From: an uncultured Clostridia bacterium
GTDB taxonomy: Bacteria > Bacillota > Clostridia > Christensenellales > UBA1242
Direction of reading: 5' to 3'
DNA length: 64,000 nucleotides
Assembly: GCA_934747805.1 (NCBI GenBank)
Contig: CAKVHC010000003.1
Location: forward strand, 64,402 to 128,401
Both the position numbers and the translations under genes were made by a program. Positions 19,021 through 28,022 of the stretch are shown here, one piece after another; position 1 is the first letter of the stretch, and each line of letters starts with the position of its first letter. The notes under the pieces were generated by a model that was not told the DNA's origin, ran no database searches, and saw only the letters and a list, made by a program, of their open reading frames with translations.

Positions 19021-19095
19021 TGGCTGGGGTAGCTGGATTCGAACCAGCGGATGACGGATTCAGAGACCGTAGCCTTACCACTTGGCGATACCCCA
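19021..19095 (-). tRNA. tRNA-Gln (anticodon CTG)
   Basis: Hand-folded cloverleaf: UGGGGUA acceptor, anticodon loop CTCTGAA, T-loop TTCGAAT, encoded CCA. Confidence 0.85.
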
Positions 19096-19106
19096 ATACA
19101 CCGACT

Positions 19107-19135
19107 ATTATATGTTGAGATTCGACTTTTGTCAA
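19107..19135 (-). promoter_or_regulatory. Consensus sigma-A promoter for tRNA-Gln(CUG)
   Basis: Minus strand reads TTGACA (19135-19130), a 17-nt spacer, TATAAT (19112-19107). Confidence 0.7.
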
Positions 19136-19314
19136 GCGGATTTTGGCGTTAAAGTAAAAAAATAAAATCATAGATAAATAGGGCAATCTAGCGTCCACTG
19201 GGCAAATTCTGTACAACTCTTTAATGCTTTTTTAACGTTACAATACAATCTTCATAAATACATGCATGTGTTCGATGAACACATATTTTTTCACGCATTC
19301 GCATATATTAAATT

Positions 19315-19743
19315 ATGTATAGTAACAAGATTATGCGAGCGATAAAAACTCACTATCCAAGAGATTTTGAGATACTCAAAGGCATTTTGCAGACCATTCC
19401 ATTGTCGTGTAAATTGGCAATGAAGGGCGGAGCAGAGTATATGTACGTTGACACCAAAGAAGACGAGATTAATTACGAGATAATCAATAACAAAAGTGCG
19501 AACACATTTGCAATAAGTTTCTACTCGCCATTTTCATATTTGGATGCAATGTTTTCGCCAACATTAATCGACGTCGAATTTTCCATAGACAAAGGCATGG
19601 AATACAACGATGAGTACTCACTCGGCACGCTCAAAGGAATGTATGGCACAGAGTTCAAAATGGAGAATAACGGCAAGCTTACTTGCACACGAAAAGGAAA
19701 TCGACACACAAAAGAGCCAATCGAACCTACATTTAGTAGATAA
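19315..19743 (+). CDS. Hypothetical protein
   Basis: 142-aa ORF. No recognisable motif. Confidence 0.4.
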   Translation: MYSNKIMRAIKTHYPRDFEILKGILQTIPLSCKLAMKGGAEYMYVDTKEDEINYEIINNKSANTFAISFYSPFSYLDAMFSPTLIDVEFSIDKGMEYNDEYSLGTLKGMYGTEFKMENNGKLTCTRKGNRHTKEPIEPTFSR

Positions 19744-19767
19744 AAAAATAACTAGCAAAACCGCTAG

Positions 19768-20292
19768 TTATTTATTTTTTCTATGCATTTTTTGTTTTTT
19801 CTTAGCCTTGATATCCTTTTGCAAACGCACTTTGCGTACGTTTTGGGCGTGTGCTTGACGAGCCAGTTTGTTTTTAGTAGTTAAATCACGGAAAACTCGT
19901 TCCATACTCTTAGCATCGTTCTCGTCCACAAGGCAGTCGTCGCACTTAGAGTAGAAGTGTAGTTCGAATCCGTTTGCATTGTTATGGCTCACCACCACGC
20001 AAGGAATTGAACTCTTCTTTGCCATTCTTTGAGCCAACTTTTGCGCTGGGTTGGCATTGGTCACGAGGACCACGTCCGCACCGTCCAGCGTTTTCGCAAT
20101 GGCCAGCTTGTCCGCTTTGGCAAAAGAGATATTCTTGTTAAACAATTTGTGTCCAATTTCCGCTTTGATTACGCCTTGAGCATTGTCCACGTCAGTAGAG
20201 TAGATGTTGACAAGATGCTTGTTATCTTTAAAAACTTTTACATTGTTTTTCAAACTTTCGCTCAATATGTCAGCAACGATAGCAATTTTCAT
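19768..20292 (-). CDS. Hypothetical protein with highly basic C-terminal tail
   Basis: 174 aa, ending KVRLQKDIKAKKKQKMHRKNK. Apparently co-transcribed with 20301-20837. Confidence 0.45.
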   Translation of the reverse strand: MKIAIVADILSESLKNNVKVFKDNKHLVNIYSTDVDNAQGVIKAEIGHKLFNKNISFAKADKLAIAKTLDGADVVLVTNANPAQKLAQRMAKKSSIPCVVVSHNNANGFELHFYSKCDDCLVDENDAKSMERVFRDLTTKNKLARQAHAQNVRKVRLQKDIKAKKKQKMHRKNK

Positions 20293-20300
20293 AATAACTC

Positions 20301-20837
20301 CTAGTTTTCAATTAGTTTTGAATAAATTTGTTCATACACACTAGCTGCCGTTTCACGCCATTTTTTGCATACGTTAATGGCACTGGCACGTGTTGGCACT
20401 TTAAATTCCAAATCGAAATAACTGTCAGTGGTGTGTGGCTCGACGATGCGCAGATTCACATTGTATGAGCCGTCAATGTTTTTGAAATATTTACCGACAT
20501 ATTCCTGTGTGCGTTTGTAGTGCATTTTTTTGTTTTTGGCGAACTCGCTAATTGCGTCACGCATACTAGCAGGAATGCGTGTGTAGAACTGAGATAGACA
20601 CGTTCTGCCGTTGTAAGTGATGTTGTAACGCTCTTCGTTGTTTTGCGTGTTTGGGCGATAGACGAGTTTGCTTTCCAGCAACTGATACAATATGTCTTTC
20701 AGGTCCATATAGTTAATCCAGTTGTTGTAACTGCAACAAATCTCCAAAATAGAGTTCTCAGTGAGCGGAATCTCCATTTTGTCCAAAACGTAGAGCAGGA
20801 TTAACTTATTGGTGGTTGAATCATTGGCAAAATCCAT
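20301..20837 (-). CDS. DUF4364-like (PadR-type winged-helix) protein
   Basis: The N-terminus TNKLILLYVLDKMEIPLTENSILEIC resembles the DUF4364 family common in Clostridia. Confidence 0.45.
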   Translation of the reverse strand: MDFANDSTTNKLILLYVLDKMEIPLTENSILEICCSYNNWINYMDLKDILYQLLESKLVYRPNTQNNEERYNITYNGRTCLSQFYTRIPASMRDAISEFAKNKKMHYKRTQEYVGKYFKNIDGSYNVNLRIVEPHTTDSYFDLEFKVPTRASAINVCKKWRETAASVYEQIYSKLIEN

Positions 20838-20988
20838 AAAACCTCACATTTTTGCAAGCGCATTATATCATAAATTTTGAAAAAGTACAACAAAATTGCT
20901 AAAATCATTTATTTTAATTGTAAAAAAATTTTTCATTTGTTACAATATAACCATAGTTAGATATGCACAAAGGAGCAAATAGGCGATT

Positions 20989-21687
20989 ATGACAGAAAAA
21001 GATTTTAAAGCAATCAACAACTTTAACGATAAATGCAATGACTTTTTGAATGGCAAATATATTTTGGCAGACATTAAGGTTCGTGCCATTTTGCGTGCCA
21101 TCAACGAGAGCGACGTGCTCACCAGTTTGGTCGCTCGCTGCGTCAACAATTATGACTTTAACGAGGGCTTCAAAAAGGCCACTGGCGACGAACTAGGTCA
21201 GACCAACACCCTCACTTTGCCAGACAAAGACCGTGAACGCATTGCCCTCATCTACCACATTTTGCGTTACATTGACGAAGAGGTCATCAGCTTCTACGAC
21301 TTTGTCAACAAATATATCCGTCAAGGCAACGAGATTGGCAATGAAGAATTCACCACTTTTGCCAATCTGCTAATCAAACCATTCAATGACTCAATCAACA
21401 ACCTTCTAAAGAGTGAGTATAGTGACAAGGATTTGGCTTCCAGCACACGCTCAATGCGTGCAATGGACGCCTACGTCAATCAAACACTTGAAAATATTGA
21501 CGACTATCGCCTAAATGCTCTCGACACCAAAGATCTCAAGACGCTCTTGACAGCACTTTCCACAGCACTGACTCGCAGCGACGACCAACTCGTCAACGCC
21601 TTAATGATAGGCATAGACAATTTCTGCCAGTGTCACCACCGTGCACGCCCAATCATCAAAGAGCTCAACAAACTCTCGGTTGAATAA
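20989..21687 (+). CDS. Hypothetical protein
   Basis: 232-aa ORF followed by a terminator at 21691-21717. Confidence 0.45.
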   Translation: MTEKDFKAINNFNDKCNDFLNGKYILADIKVRAILRAINESDVLTSLVARCVNNYDFNEGFKKATGDELGQTNTLTLPDKDRERIALIYHILRYIDEEVISFYDFVNKYIRQGNEIGNEEFTTFANLLIKPFNDSINNLLKSEYSDKDLASSTRSMRAMDAYVNQTLENIDDYRLNALDTKDLKTLLTALSTALTRSDDQLVNALMIGIDNFCQCHHRARPIIKELNKLSVE

Positions 21688-21690
21688 CCA

Positions 21691-21717
21691 AAAGGACTCT
21701 TTTGAGTCCTTTTTTTC
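21691..21717 (+). terminator. Rho-independent terminator
   Basis: AAAGGACTC/GAGTCCTTT stem, a TTTT loop and a T-run. Confidence 0.7.
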
Positions 21718-21810
21718 TAGCTGCATTGGCAAAAGGCGACTAAATCTCGTATTGTAGTACAACTTTTCAATGTAATTCTAATCAACATTTTTCTACAATT
21801 TATTCCAATT

Positions 21811-21844
21811 CGCTTGCGTAAAATGTCGCTATTGAGATAAAATA
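21811..21844 (+). promoter_or_regulatory. Conserved upstream block / promoter of GLUG paralogue A
   Basis: TTGCGT 21814-21819, an 18-nt spacer, TAAAAT 21838-21843. 31 of 34 nt are identical to 54463-54496. Confidence 0.5.
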
Positions 21845-21874
21845 TATTTAATACTAAAGTGAAGGAGTCGTCGT

Positions 21875-23917
21875 ATGGATTATGAATCAAAAAGATTAAG
21901 AATTACATTGTGGACAGTGGTCGCATTACTCATATTTAGCATTGTAGGCGTGTGCATTTTGTTCGCAGTGAAAATGCACCCTGAAACTCCAACTCCAAAT
22001 GTTGTCAACGTAGGCACTCGAATTAGTCGAGGGAAGGGGTTCAAAAGCACCTCAACCAACGCTAATATTTGGGACGGCACCAGCACAACCGACTGGACAG
22101 GCTCAGGCACAGAAACCGACCCATACTTAATCACCAAAGGTAGCCAGTTGGCGGGTCTGGGAGAGCATGCAAGTGACTATGCCAATATGTTCTTTAAACT
22201 TGCCAATGACATAGATATGTGTGGAGAATCATATGGTTTTATGCCAATTGTTGACTTTCGGGGAACTTTTAATGGTGATAATCATTGCTTGACCAACTTG
22301 CAATTTTCCCCATTCTGGAGTTATGAATCAGGTCTGTTCTATAGGCTAAATGATTCTACCATATCTAACCTAATTATCGAAGTTATCTTTGTCGAGAACC
22401 CGACATCATCTTTTGGAGGATTGGCATATTCTGTTGAAAATTCAACAGTTTCAAATGTTAATATTTCTTTTTTGAATGCGTTGACTACGAAGTATTCAGA
22501 ATATTACGATGGAATGAAATTTGCTGGTCTAGTAAACGAGGCAAGAAGTTCAACAATAGAGGATTGTACAGTTAACAATTTTACGATTGAAGCAAAAATG
22601 GATCAATCTGGTGCACTAACAAATCTTGGTGGTCTTGTTGCAGAAGCTTATGATTCTACGATAACTAGTTGTAATGCTGAAAGTTATATAAATATTGAAT
22701 TTACAAAGGCGACAACTAATACGGCGTTATATTCTGCAATCGGTGGTCTAATTGGGTATGAGGAAGGTAACAATAGAATATATACCAACAATATTTCTTG
22801 TGGAAAAATATTAGTAACCGATATAAAAACATCGCATACTGCGTACATTGGCGGAATGTTAGGATTGTCTGGTTCACAAAATGGTGACGCACTAAAAATG
22901 TGCAATAACCTATCTCAATGCGATATAGAAATAACTAGCCGCAACGCAAACATTTTAGTTGCTGGACTAGGAAATAATATACATAACTACATTTCTAGCA
23001 AATACAACATTGTAAATGCTACGATAAAAGCAAGTTCCAAGTTGAAGTCAGCGGGAGGAGTAGATAGTAACGCACTGTCAACATCTAAAGTTGTATATAA
23101 TAAAAACAAATATTCGGTCAGTGGTGCAAGTAAGAATAATACGGTTGGCGCAACTAGTGACGCAAATATGAAACTTCGTTCCACCTATTCAAGTTGGACG
23201 GACTTTGATACATATTGGGTTATCGATGAAAAATACAACAATGGCTATCCATATTTAAAAGCGTTAATTCCAGTTGCCAATGTTACACTTTTCGAAGGCA
23301 AGGGTACAGAAACTGAACCATATTTAATTAAAACACAGCAAGATTTGTTAAATATTAATGAATACTATGCAGATACAGACAATGCGAAAGCAGACGCGTA
23401 TTTCAAGTTGATGAACGACATTGACGTGAGCAAAGACTCAAACAACTTGCCAATCCATTTCAAACCAATTTGCTACAACAGAGAATTCGACGGCTATTTC
23501 GACGGCAATGGCAAAACTATTAGCGGACTTCTTATCGACAACCAGTATGAATATGCAGGGTTGTTCGGCACTGTCGCAGCTAACCACTGGGTGAAAAACC
23601 TAACCGTGAAGGGTAATATTTACTGGGATCAAGCGTATGCAGTAGGTGGTGTTGCTGGCAGAGTGTTGGCAGGTGGATACTTACAAGATTGCACATTCGA
23701 AGGCAATATCATCGGCGTACTCAACACCAAAACTAGCACTGAAACCAGTGGCGTGATAGGTAAGTATGAAATAAATGGAACAATCGACTGCACAGCAACA
23801 TACACCGACCTAAAATACGCCAAGATAGGTGGCACGACCGACGCACCAACTTACACATATTACTTATACGACTGGGCGCAGCTCACCACCAGTTTGTACA
23901 ACAAAAAGGTTAGCTAA
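21875..23917 (+). CDS. GLUG-motif repeat surface protein, N-terminal membrane anchor (paralogue A)
   Basis: N-terminal TM (ITLWTVVALLIFSIVGVCILFAV). Repeated GGL[AVI]G-type GLUG units (FGGLAYS, LGGLVAEA, IGGLIGYE, VGGVAGRV). Paralogue of 54525-56621. Confidence 0.6.
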   Translation: MDYESKRLRITLWTVVALLIFSIVGVCILFAVKMHPETPTPNVVNVGTRISRGKGFKSTSTNANIWDGTSTTDWTGSGTETDPYLITKGSQLAGLGEHASDYANMFFKLANDIDMCGESYGFMPIVDFRGTFNGDNHCLTNLQFSPFWSYESGLFYRLNDSTISNLIIEVIFVENPTSSFGGLAYSVENSTVSNVNISFLNALTTKYSEYYDGMKFAGLVNEARSSTIEDCTVNNFTIEAKMDQSGALTNLGGLVAEAYDSTITSCNAESYINIEFTKATTNTALYSAIGGLIGYEEGNNRIYTNNISCGKILVTDIKTSHTAYIGGMLGLSGSQNGDALKMCNNLSQCDIEITSRNANILVAGLGNNIHNYISSKYNIVNATIKASSKLKSAGGVDSNALSTSKVVYNKNKYSVSGASKNNTVGATSDANMKLRSTYSSWTDFDTYWVIDEKYNNGYPYLKALIPVANVTLFEGKGTETEPYLIKTQQDLLNINEYYADTDNAKADAYFKLMNDIDVSKDSNNLPIHFKPICYNREFDGYFDGNGKTISGLLIDNQYEYAGLFGTVAANHWVKNLTVKGNIYWDQAYAVGGVAGRVLAGGYLQDCTFEGNIIGVLNTKTSTETSGVIGKYEINGTIDCTATYTDLKYAKIGGTTDAPTYTYYLYDWAQLTTSLYNKKVS

Positions 23918-23956
23918 CGCATTGCGTTTTAACGCGAAAACAACCAAATAATTAAA

Positions 23957-23988
23957 CAAAAAAAGGAACATCGATTGTTCCTTTTTTC
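23957..23988. terminator. Bidirectional terminator between convergent genes
   Basis: An A-run, an AGGAACA/TGTTCCT stem and a T-run. Confidence 0.65.
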
Positions 23989-24046
23989 TACTCGAAAATA
24001 TATTCGTAAGGTAGGGCATTACACGCACAATCTGCCCGTGCCACAA

Positions 24047-24955
24047 CTAATACACCACTAGGCAAATCACTAGGCAGAATAGTGCGCACAAGACGGCTTG
24101 CGTAAGTTTTTGCACAATCAGGCGTCCACGCTTTACGGCAGGTGGCAAGAAGCACACCGTCTGCAAGAATACACTCACTGCGCCCGAACCAATCAATGCC
24201 GAGCATATGGTTAGGGCAGTGGTCATGCTTACGCCTGTGTTCGCAATTTCCACACAACCACGAGTCATCTCGATCGAGCCACACAGCACAGCACTCACAA
24301 CGTCAGCATTTAGCCTAAAAACCTTGCCCACAGCACTCGCCACAATTCCAATCACGCCAAATTCGACCAGCATATCCACCACGACAAAGCACAGCGCAAT
24401 AAATCCGCCCACCATAAGAATACTGATAATGCTGTCATACATTGTGTCGCCAATGTTTATGCTTTTCTGCGGAGTAGGGCTCATCTTGGTAGTACTCTTG
24501 CGGAAGTAAATTAGCCCATTCGCCACGCTGCCGAGAATGTGGCTCACCAGCAAGACAATGCCAGCCCTATAACTGTGAAAAATACCTATTCCCACCGCAC
24601 CCAGCAGAAACAGTGGACCGCTCGTTGAACACAGCGCCAACGCACGTGTGCAATAGTCCCCATCGATTTCGCCCGCACGACACTTGTCCGCCAAAAGCTT
24701 TGCCCCCACAGGATAGCCAGACACGATGCTAATGGCGAAAATATTCGCACTCACAGACTTGAAAGGTGGCATTGAGTTGGTGAGCAGTTTTGACACCACA
24801 AAAAACGGAAACAGTGACGGCAAAACCGAGTTGAGCCACACCATAAGCCCACGCAGAGTCGACTGCATAAAGACATCCGGCTTGACTACGAAAAGTGAGA
24901 TGAACAAAATGCAAAATATCATCACAAAGGCATTTGACTTTATTCTAGTTGTCAT
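24047..24955 (-). CDS. YlbJ-like sporulation integral membrane protein (nucleoside-recognition domain type)
   Basis: STLRGLMVWLNSVLPSLFPFFVVSKLL resembles the B. subtilis YlbJ N-terminus. Polytopic membrane protein, shorter than YlbJ. Confidence 0.6.
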   Translation of the reverse strand: MTTRIKSNAFVMIFCILFISLFVVKPDVFMQSTLRGLMVWLNSVLPSLFPFFVVSKLLTNSMPPFKSVSANIFAISIVSGYPVGAKLLADKCRAGEIDGDYCTRALALCSTSGPLFLLGAVGIGIFHSYRAGIVLLVSHILGSVANGLIYFRKSTTKMSPTPQKSINIGDTMYDSIISILMVGGFIALCFVVVDMLVEFGVIGIVASAVGKVFRLNADVVSAVLCGSIEMTRGCVEIANTGVSMTTALTICSALIGSGAVSVFLQTVCFLPPAVKRGRLIVQKLTQAVLCALFCLVICLVVY

Positions 24956-24985
24956 ATAATATTATATTTGTAAGGACGGCAAAAA

Positions 24986-25777
24986 ATGAAGAAGTTTGGA
25001 CTAGTTTTATCTGGCGGTGGAGCAAAGGGTTACGCCCACATCGGCGTGTTGAAAGCATTAGAAGAGAACGGACTGACCCCAGATTTCATCGTGGGCACAT
25101 CAATGGGTGCAATAGTGGGCGGATTGTATGCTTTCAAGCCAGACGCCAATTGGCTCGAGAGTTGGGCATACAAGTTCCGCACACGTAGTTTTGTGGACGT
25201 AGACCCATTGCTTGCTTTCCGAGATAGTCTGCTAATAGGCAAGAAAGTGGACAAAATCTTCCAAAACATTTTCCACGACACCGATTGCACTCAAACAGAC
25301 ATAAAATTTATGGCAATCGCCAGCAGTCTAGACACAGGCAAATGCTATGTGTTAGACAAAGGCCCTTTGTGGCAAGCCGTGCGTGCCAGTATGTCTATGC
25401 CAATCGTTTTTCCGCCAGTCAAAATCAATGGAATCGATATGTGTGACGGCGGCGTAGCCAACAATCTTGCCGACGACGTGGCACGCAAGTTTGATAAAGA
25501 TGCTGTCATTGTGGGCATTGATGTCATCGGCAAATACAAGCCAGAAACCAGCAAACTCAGTTACTTAGCAGACAGTTTTAACATGGTCAATCTTTTCCAC
25601 AGCCGTTGCACTGCGCTCACTCCACGCTATGACGACTTGCGAATAATGACAGACACGTGTGGACTTAGTTCACTAGGCTACAACAAAGAAACTGCCACCG
25701 TTGCCATATCTGCAGGCTACAAGGCGATGAAACGCAACATAAATAAATTGAAAAAACTTTTAAATGACGTTAAATAA
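24986..25777 (+). CDS. Patatin-like phospholipase
   Basis: GGGAKGYAHIGV (oxyanion GGxxG), GTSMGA (GxSxG) and a DGG motif. Confidence 0.8.
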   Translation: MKKFGLVLSGGGAKGYAHIGVLKALEENGLTPDFIVGTSMGAIVGGLYAFKPDANWLESWAYKFRTRSFVDVDPLLAFRDSLLIGKKVDKIFQNIFHDTDCTQTDIKFMAIASSLDTGKCYVLDKGPLWQAVRASMSMPIVFPPVKINGIDMCDGGVANNLADDVARKFDKDAVIVGIDVIGKYKPETSKLSYLADSFNMVNLFHSRCTALTPRYDDLRIMTDTCGLSSLGYNKETATVAISAGYKAMKRNINKLKKLLNDVK

Positions 25778-25815
25778 CTTTGACTATAGCCAATAAAAAT
25801 GATATAATTCTAAAC

Positions 25816-26766
25816 ATGGAACAAATAGAAAAACTCACCGCAAAAGCCAAAGGCATGCGAGCCAGAATCATTTTTCCAGAAGCGGACAAATGTGAACGAA
25901 TACGTGACGCCATAGATTTGCTTTTGCAGGAAGATATTTGTGAAGTATGCGTAATAGGCAAACGCTTTCTCTTTCCTGACCCACGCATCACGGTGTTCGA
26001 CCCAGAGAAAATGCGAATAGAAGAGTTGGCGATCAAACTTTACGAAATGCGCAGGCACAAAGGCATCAAACTTGCCGATGCTCGTGAGATGCTCACCGAC
26101 CGCATGTATCTTGCCACAATGCTTGTCTACACGGGTGCTGTGGACGGAATGGTCGCAGGTGCAATCACCACCAGCGCTGACGTTCTTCGCCCTGCTTTGC
26201 AGATTTTGCGTTCACGCAGACAGTTTATCAATTCGGCAATGCTCATGATCAAACCGAATGCTCAACCTTTGCTCTTTGCCGACATTGCACTCAACATTGA
26301 CCCAACGGCTGAAGAGTTGAGCAACATAGCCAACAATTCTCTTGCTTTCTACAATCAGATTATGGGCAAGGGCAAAATGGCGCTGCTTAGCTATTCCTCA
26401 CTTGGCTCAGGCAAGGGCGACAGTGCGGACAAAGTGCGTGAATGTGCACGCCTTCTCAGTGAACAGAACGTTGACTTTTTGGGCGAAGTGCAAGCGGACG
26501 TGGCACTCAGCACCGAAGTCGCCAAGCAGAAGAATGTCAAGTCTAACATCGCAGGCAAAGCAAATGTGCTAATATTCCCAAACATTGATTCTGGAAACAT
26601 TGGCTACAAACTAGTCCAGCGACTCGCAGACTACACCGCAATAGGACCTATCACTGTCGGACTCGACCGACCAGTCAACGACTTGTCACGTGGCTCGACT
26701 GTGCAGGACATATTTTACACAACCATAATCACAATTTTACAAACAGAACACAAGGAGAATTTATGA
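25816..26766 (+). CDS. pta: Phosphate acetyltransferase
   Basis: Short-form Pta pattern (RIIFPEADKCERI, DGMVAGAITTSADVLRPALQIL, GPITVGLDRPVNDLSRG). Directly upstream of ackA. ATG 25816 is preferred over the track's TTG 25780. Confidence 0.88.
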   Translation: MEQIEKLTAKAKGMRARIIFPEADKCERIRDAIDLLLQEDICEVCVIGKRFLFPDPRITVFDPEKMRIEELAIKLYEMRRHKGIKLADAREMLTDRMYLATMLVYTGAVDGMVAGAITTSADVLRPALQILRSRRQFINSAMLMIKPNAQPLLFADIALNIDPTAEELSNIANNSLAFYNQIMGKGKMALLSYSSLGSGKGDSADKVRECARLLSEQNVDFLGEVQADVALSTEVAKQKNVKSNIAGKANVLIFPNIDSGNIGYKLVQRLADYTAIGPITVGLDRPVNDLSRGSTVQDIFYTTIITILQTEHKENL

Positions 26767-27953
26767 AAATTTTAGTTATCAACGCAGGCAGTAGCACACT
26801 CAAATTTCAACTTATCGACACTGTAAGTGAAGACACACTTGCCAGTGGTGCTGTTGAAAGAATCGGCTTTAAAGAGAGTTTCGCTCGCTTTAAGTCACCA
26901 AAAGGCAAAGACCAAAAAGAGATGCCTATTCCAGACCACAATGTCGCAACAGACATTGCTCTCAAATACTTGACCGACGAAAAATTGGGCGTTGTAAAGT
27001 CGCTTGACGAGATTGACGCCGTAGGTCACCGTATTGTGAGTGCTGGTCCAAAATATGACCACACTGTGATTGTTACTGATGAAGTATTGGCAGATTTTGA
27101 AAACAATTTGCAATACAGTCCTCTTCACTTGCCAGGACATATCAAAGGCATTAAGGGTTGTATGAAAGCAATGCCAAACACAATCCAAACTGCCACTTTT
27201 GACACAGCATTCCACAGCACAATGCCAGAAAAAGCATATTTGTACGCCATTCCATACGAGCTCTACACCGACCACCAAATTCGTCGTTACGGTTTTCACG
27301 GCTCTAGCCACCAATTCATCCGTGACGAAGTTGAACGCATTTTAGGTTCTGTTTTAGACAAAAAGATCGTTTCTTGCCACATCGGCTCTGGTGCATCTGT
27401 TTGTGCCATCAAGAACGGCAAGAGCGTTGACACCAGCATGGGCTACACACCACTTGAAGGCGTGATTATGGGCACACGCAGTGGCGATATCGATGCTAGC
27501 ATCTTGCCACAAATCGCCAAGATTTACAATTTAAAAACTATTGAAGAAGTTGTTGATTTCCTAAATAAGAAATGTGGTCTTCTCGGCATCACTGGTTACA
27601 CCAATGATATGCGTGATATCGAAGCCAACCTTGACAAACATAGAGAGAACTTGGCAATGGATATGACAGCATATCGCATTGCAAAATATGTCGGCGCATA
27701 TGCCGCAGCAATGGGTGGCATCGACGTGCTAGTCTTCACAGCTGGTGCTGGCGAAAACACTGCCGAAATGCGTAAGCGTGTTTGTGAATATCTCGAATTC
27801 TTGGGCGTAAATATGGATTATCACAAGAACAAAGTAATGCCTCGTGGCACAGTGGAAGACATTTCTCTTCCAACATCTCGTGTGAAGATTTATCGCATTC
27901 CTACTAACGAAGAATTGGTAATCGCACGTGAAACAGCAAAACTTGCGAAATAA
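26763..27953 (+). CDS. ackA: Acetate kinase
   Basis: MKILVINAGSSTLKFQL, GHRIV, RYGFHGSSH and NEELVIA motifs. Confidence 0.95.
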   Translation: MKILVINAGSSTLKFQLIDTVSEDTLASGAVERIGFKESFARFKSPKGKDQKEMPIPDHNVATDIALKYLTDEKLGVVKSLDEIDAVGHRIVSAGPKYDHTVIVTDEVLADFENNLQYSPLHLPGHIKGIKGCMKAMPNTIQTATFDTAFHSTMPEKAYLYAIPYELYTDHQIRRYGFHGSSHQFIRDEVERILGSVLDKKIVSCHIGSGASVCAIKNGKSVDTSMGYTPLEGVIMGTRSGDIDASILPQIAKIYNLKTIEEVVDFLNKKCGLLGITGYTNDMRDIEANLDKHRENLAMDMTAYRIAKYVGAYAAAMGGIDVLVFTAGAGENTAEMRKRVCEYLEFLGVNMDYHKNKVMPRGTVEDISLPTSRVKIYRIPTNEELVIARETAKLAK

Positions 27954-27960
27954 TTGTGAA

Positions 27961-27992
27961 AAGTTGTCAAGCTTGACCTTGACAACTTTTTT
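27961..27992 (+). terminator. ackA terminator; its 3' arm carries the next -35
   Basis: 11-bp perfect stem AAGTTGTCAAG/CTTGACAACTT, a 6-nt loop and TTTTTT. Confidence 0.75.
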
Positions 27993-28006
27993 GTTCGCTG
28001 TATAAT
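27979..28006 (+). promoter_or_regulatory. Sigma-A-type promoter for 28023 gene
   Basis: TTGACA 27979-27984, a 16-nt spacer, TATAAT 28001-28006. Confidence 0.55.
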
Positions 28007-28022
28007 ACAAACAAAAGAGGGG

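Noticed and set aside
19266-19284. The palindrome ATGTGTTC-GAT-GAACACAT as a second LexA box.
   Set aside because: The half-sites are in the GTTC...GAAC orientation with a 3-nt spacer, not the GAAC-N4-GTTC Cheo arrangement. It is possibly a different operator, but there is no supporting evidence.
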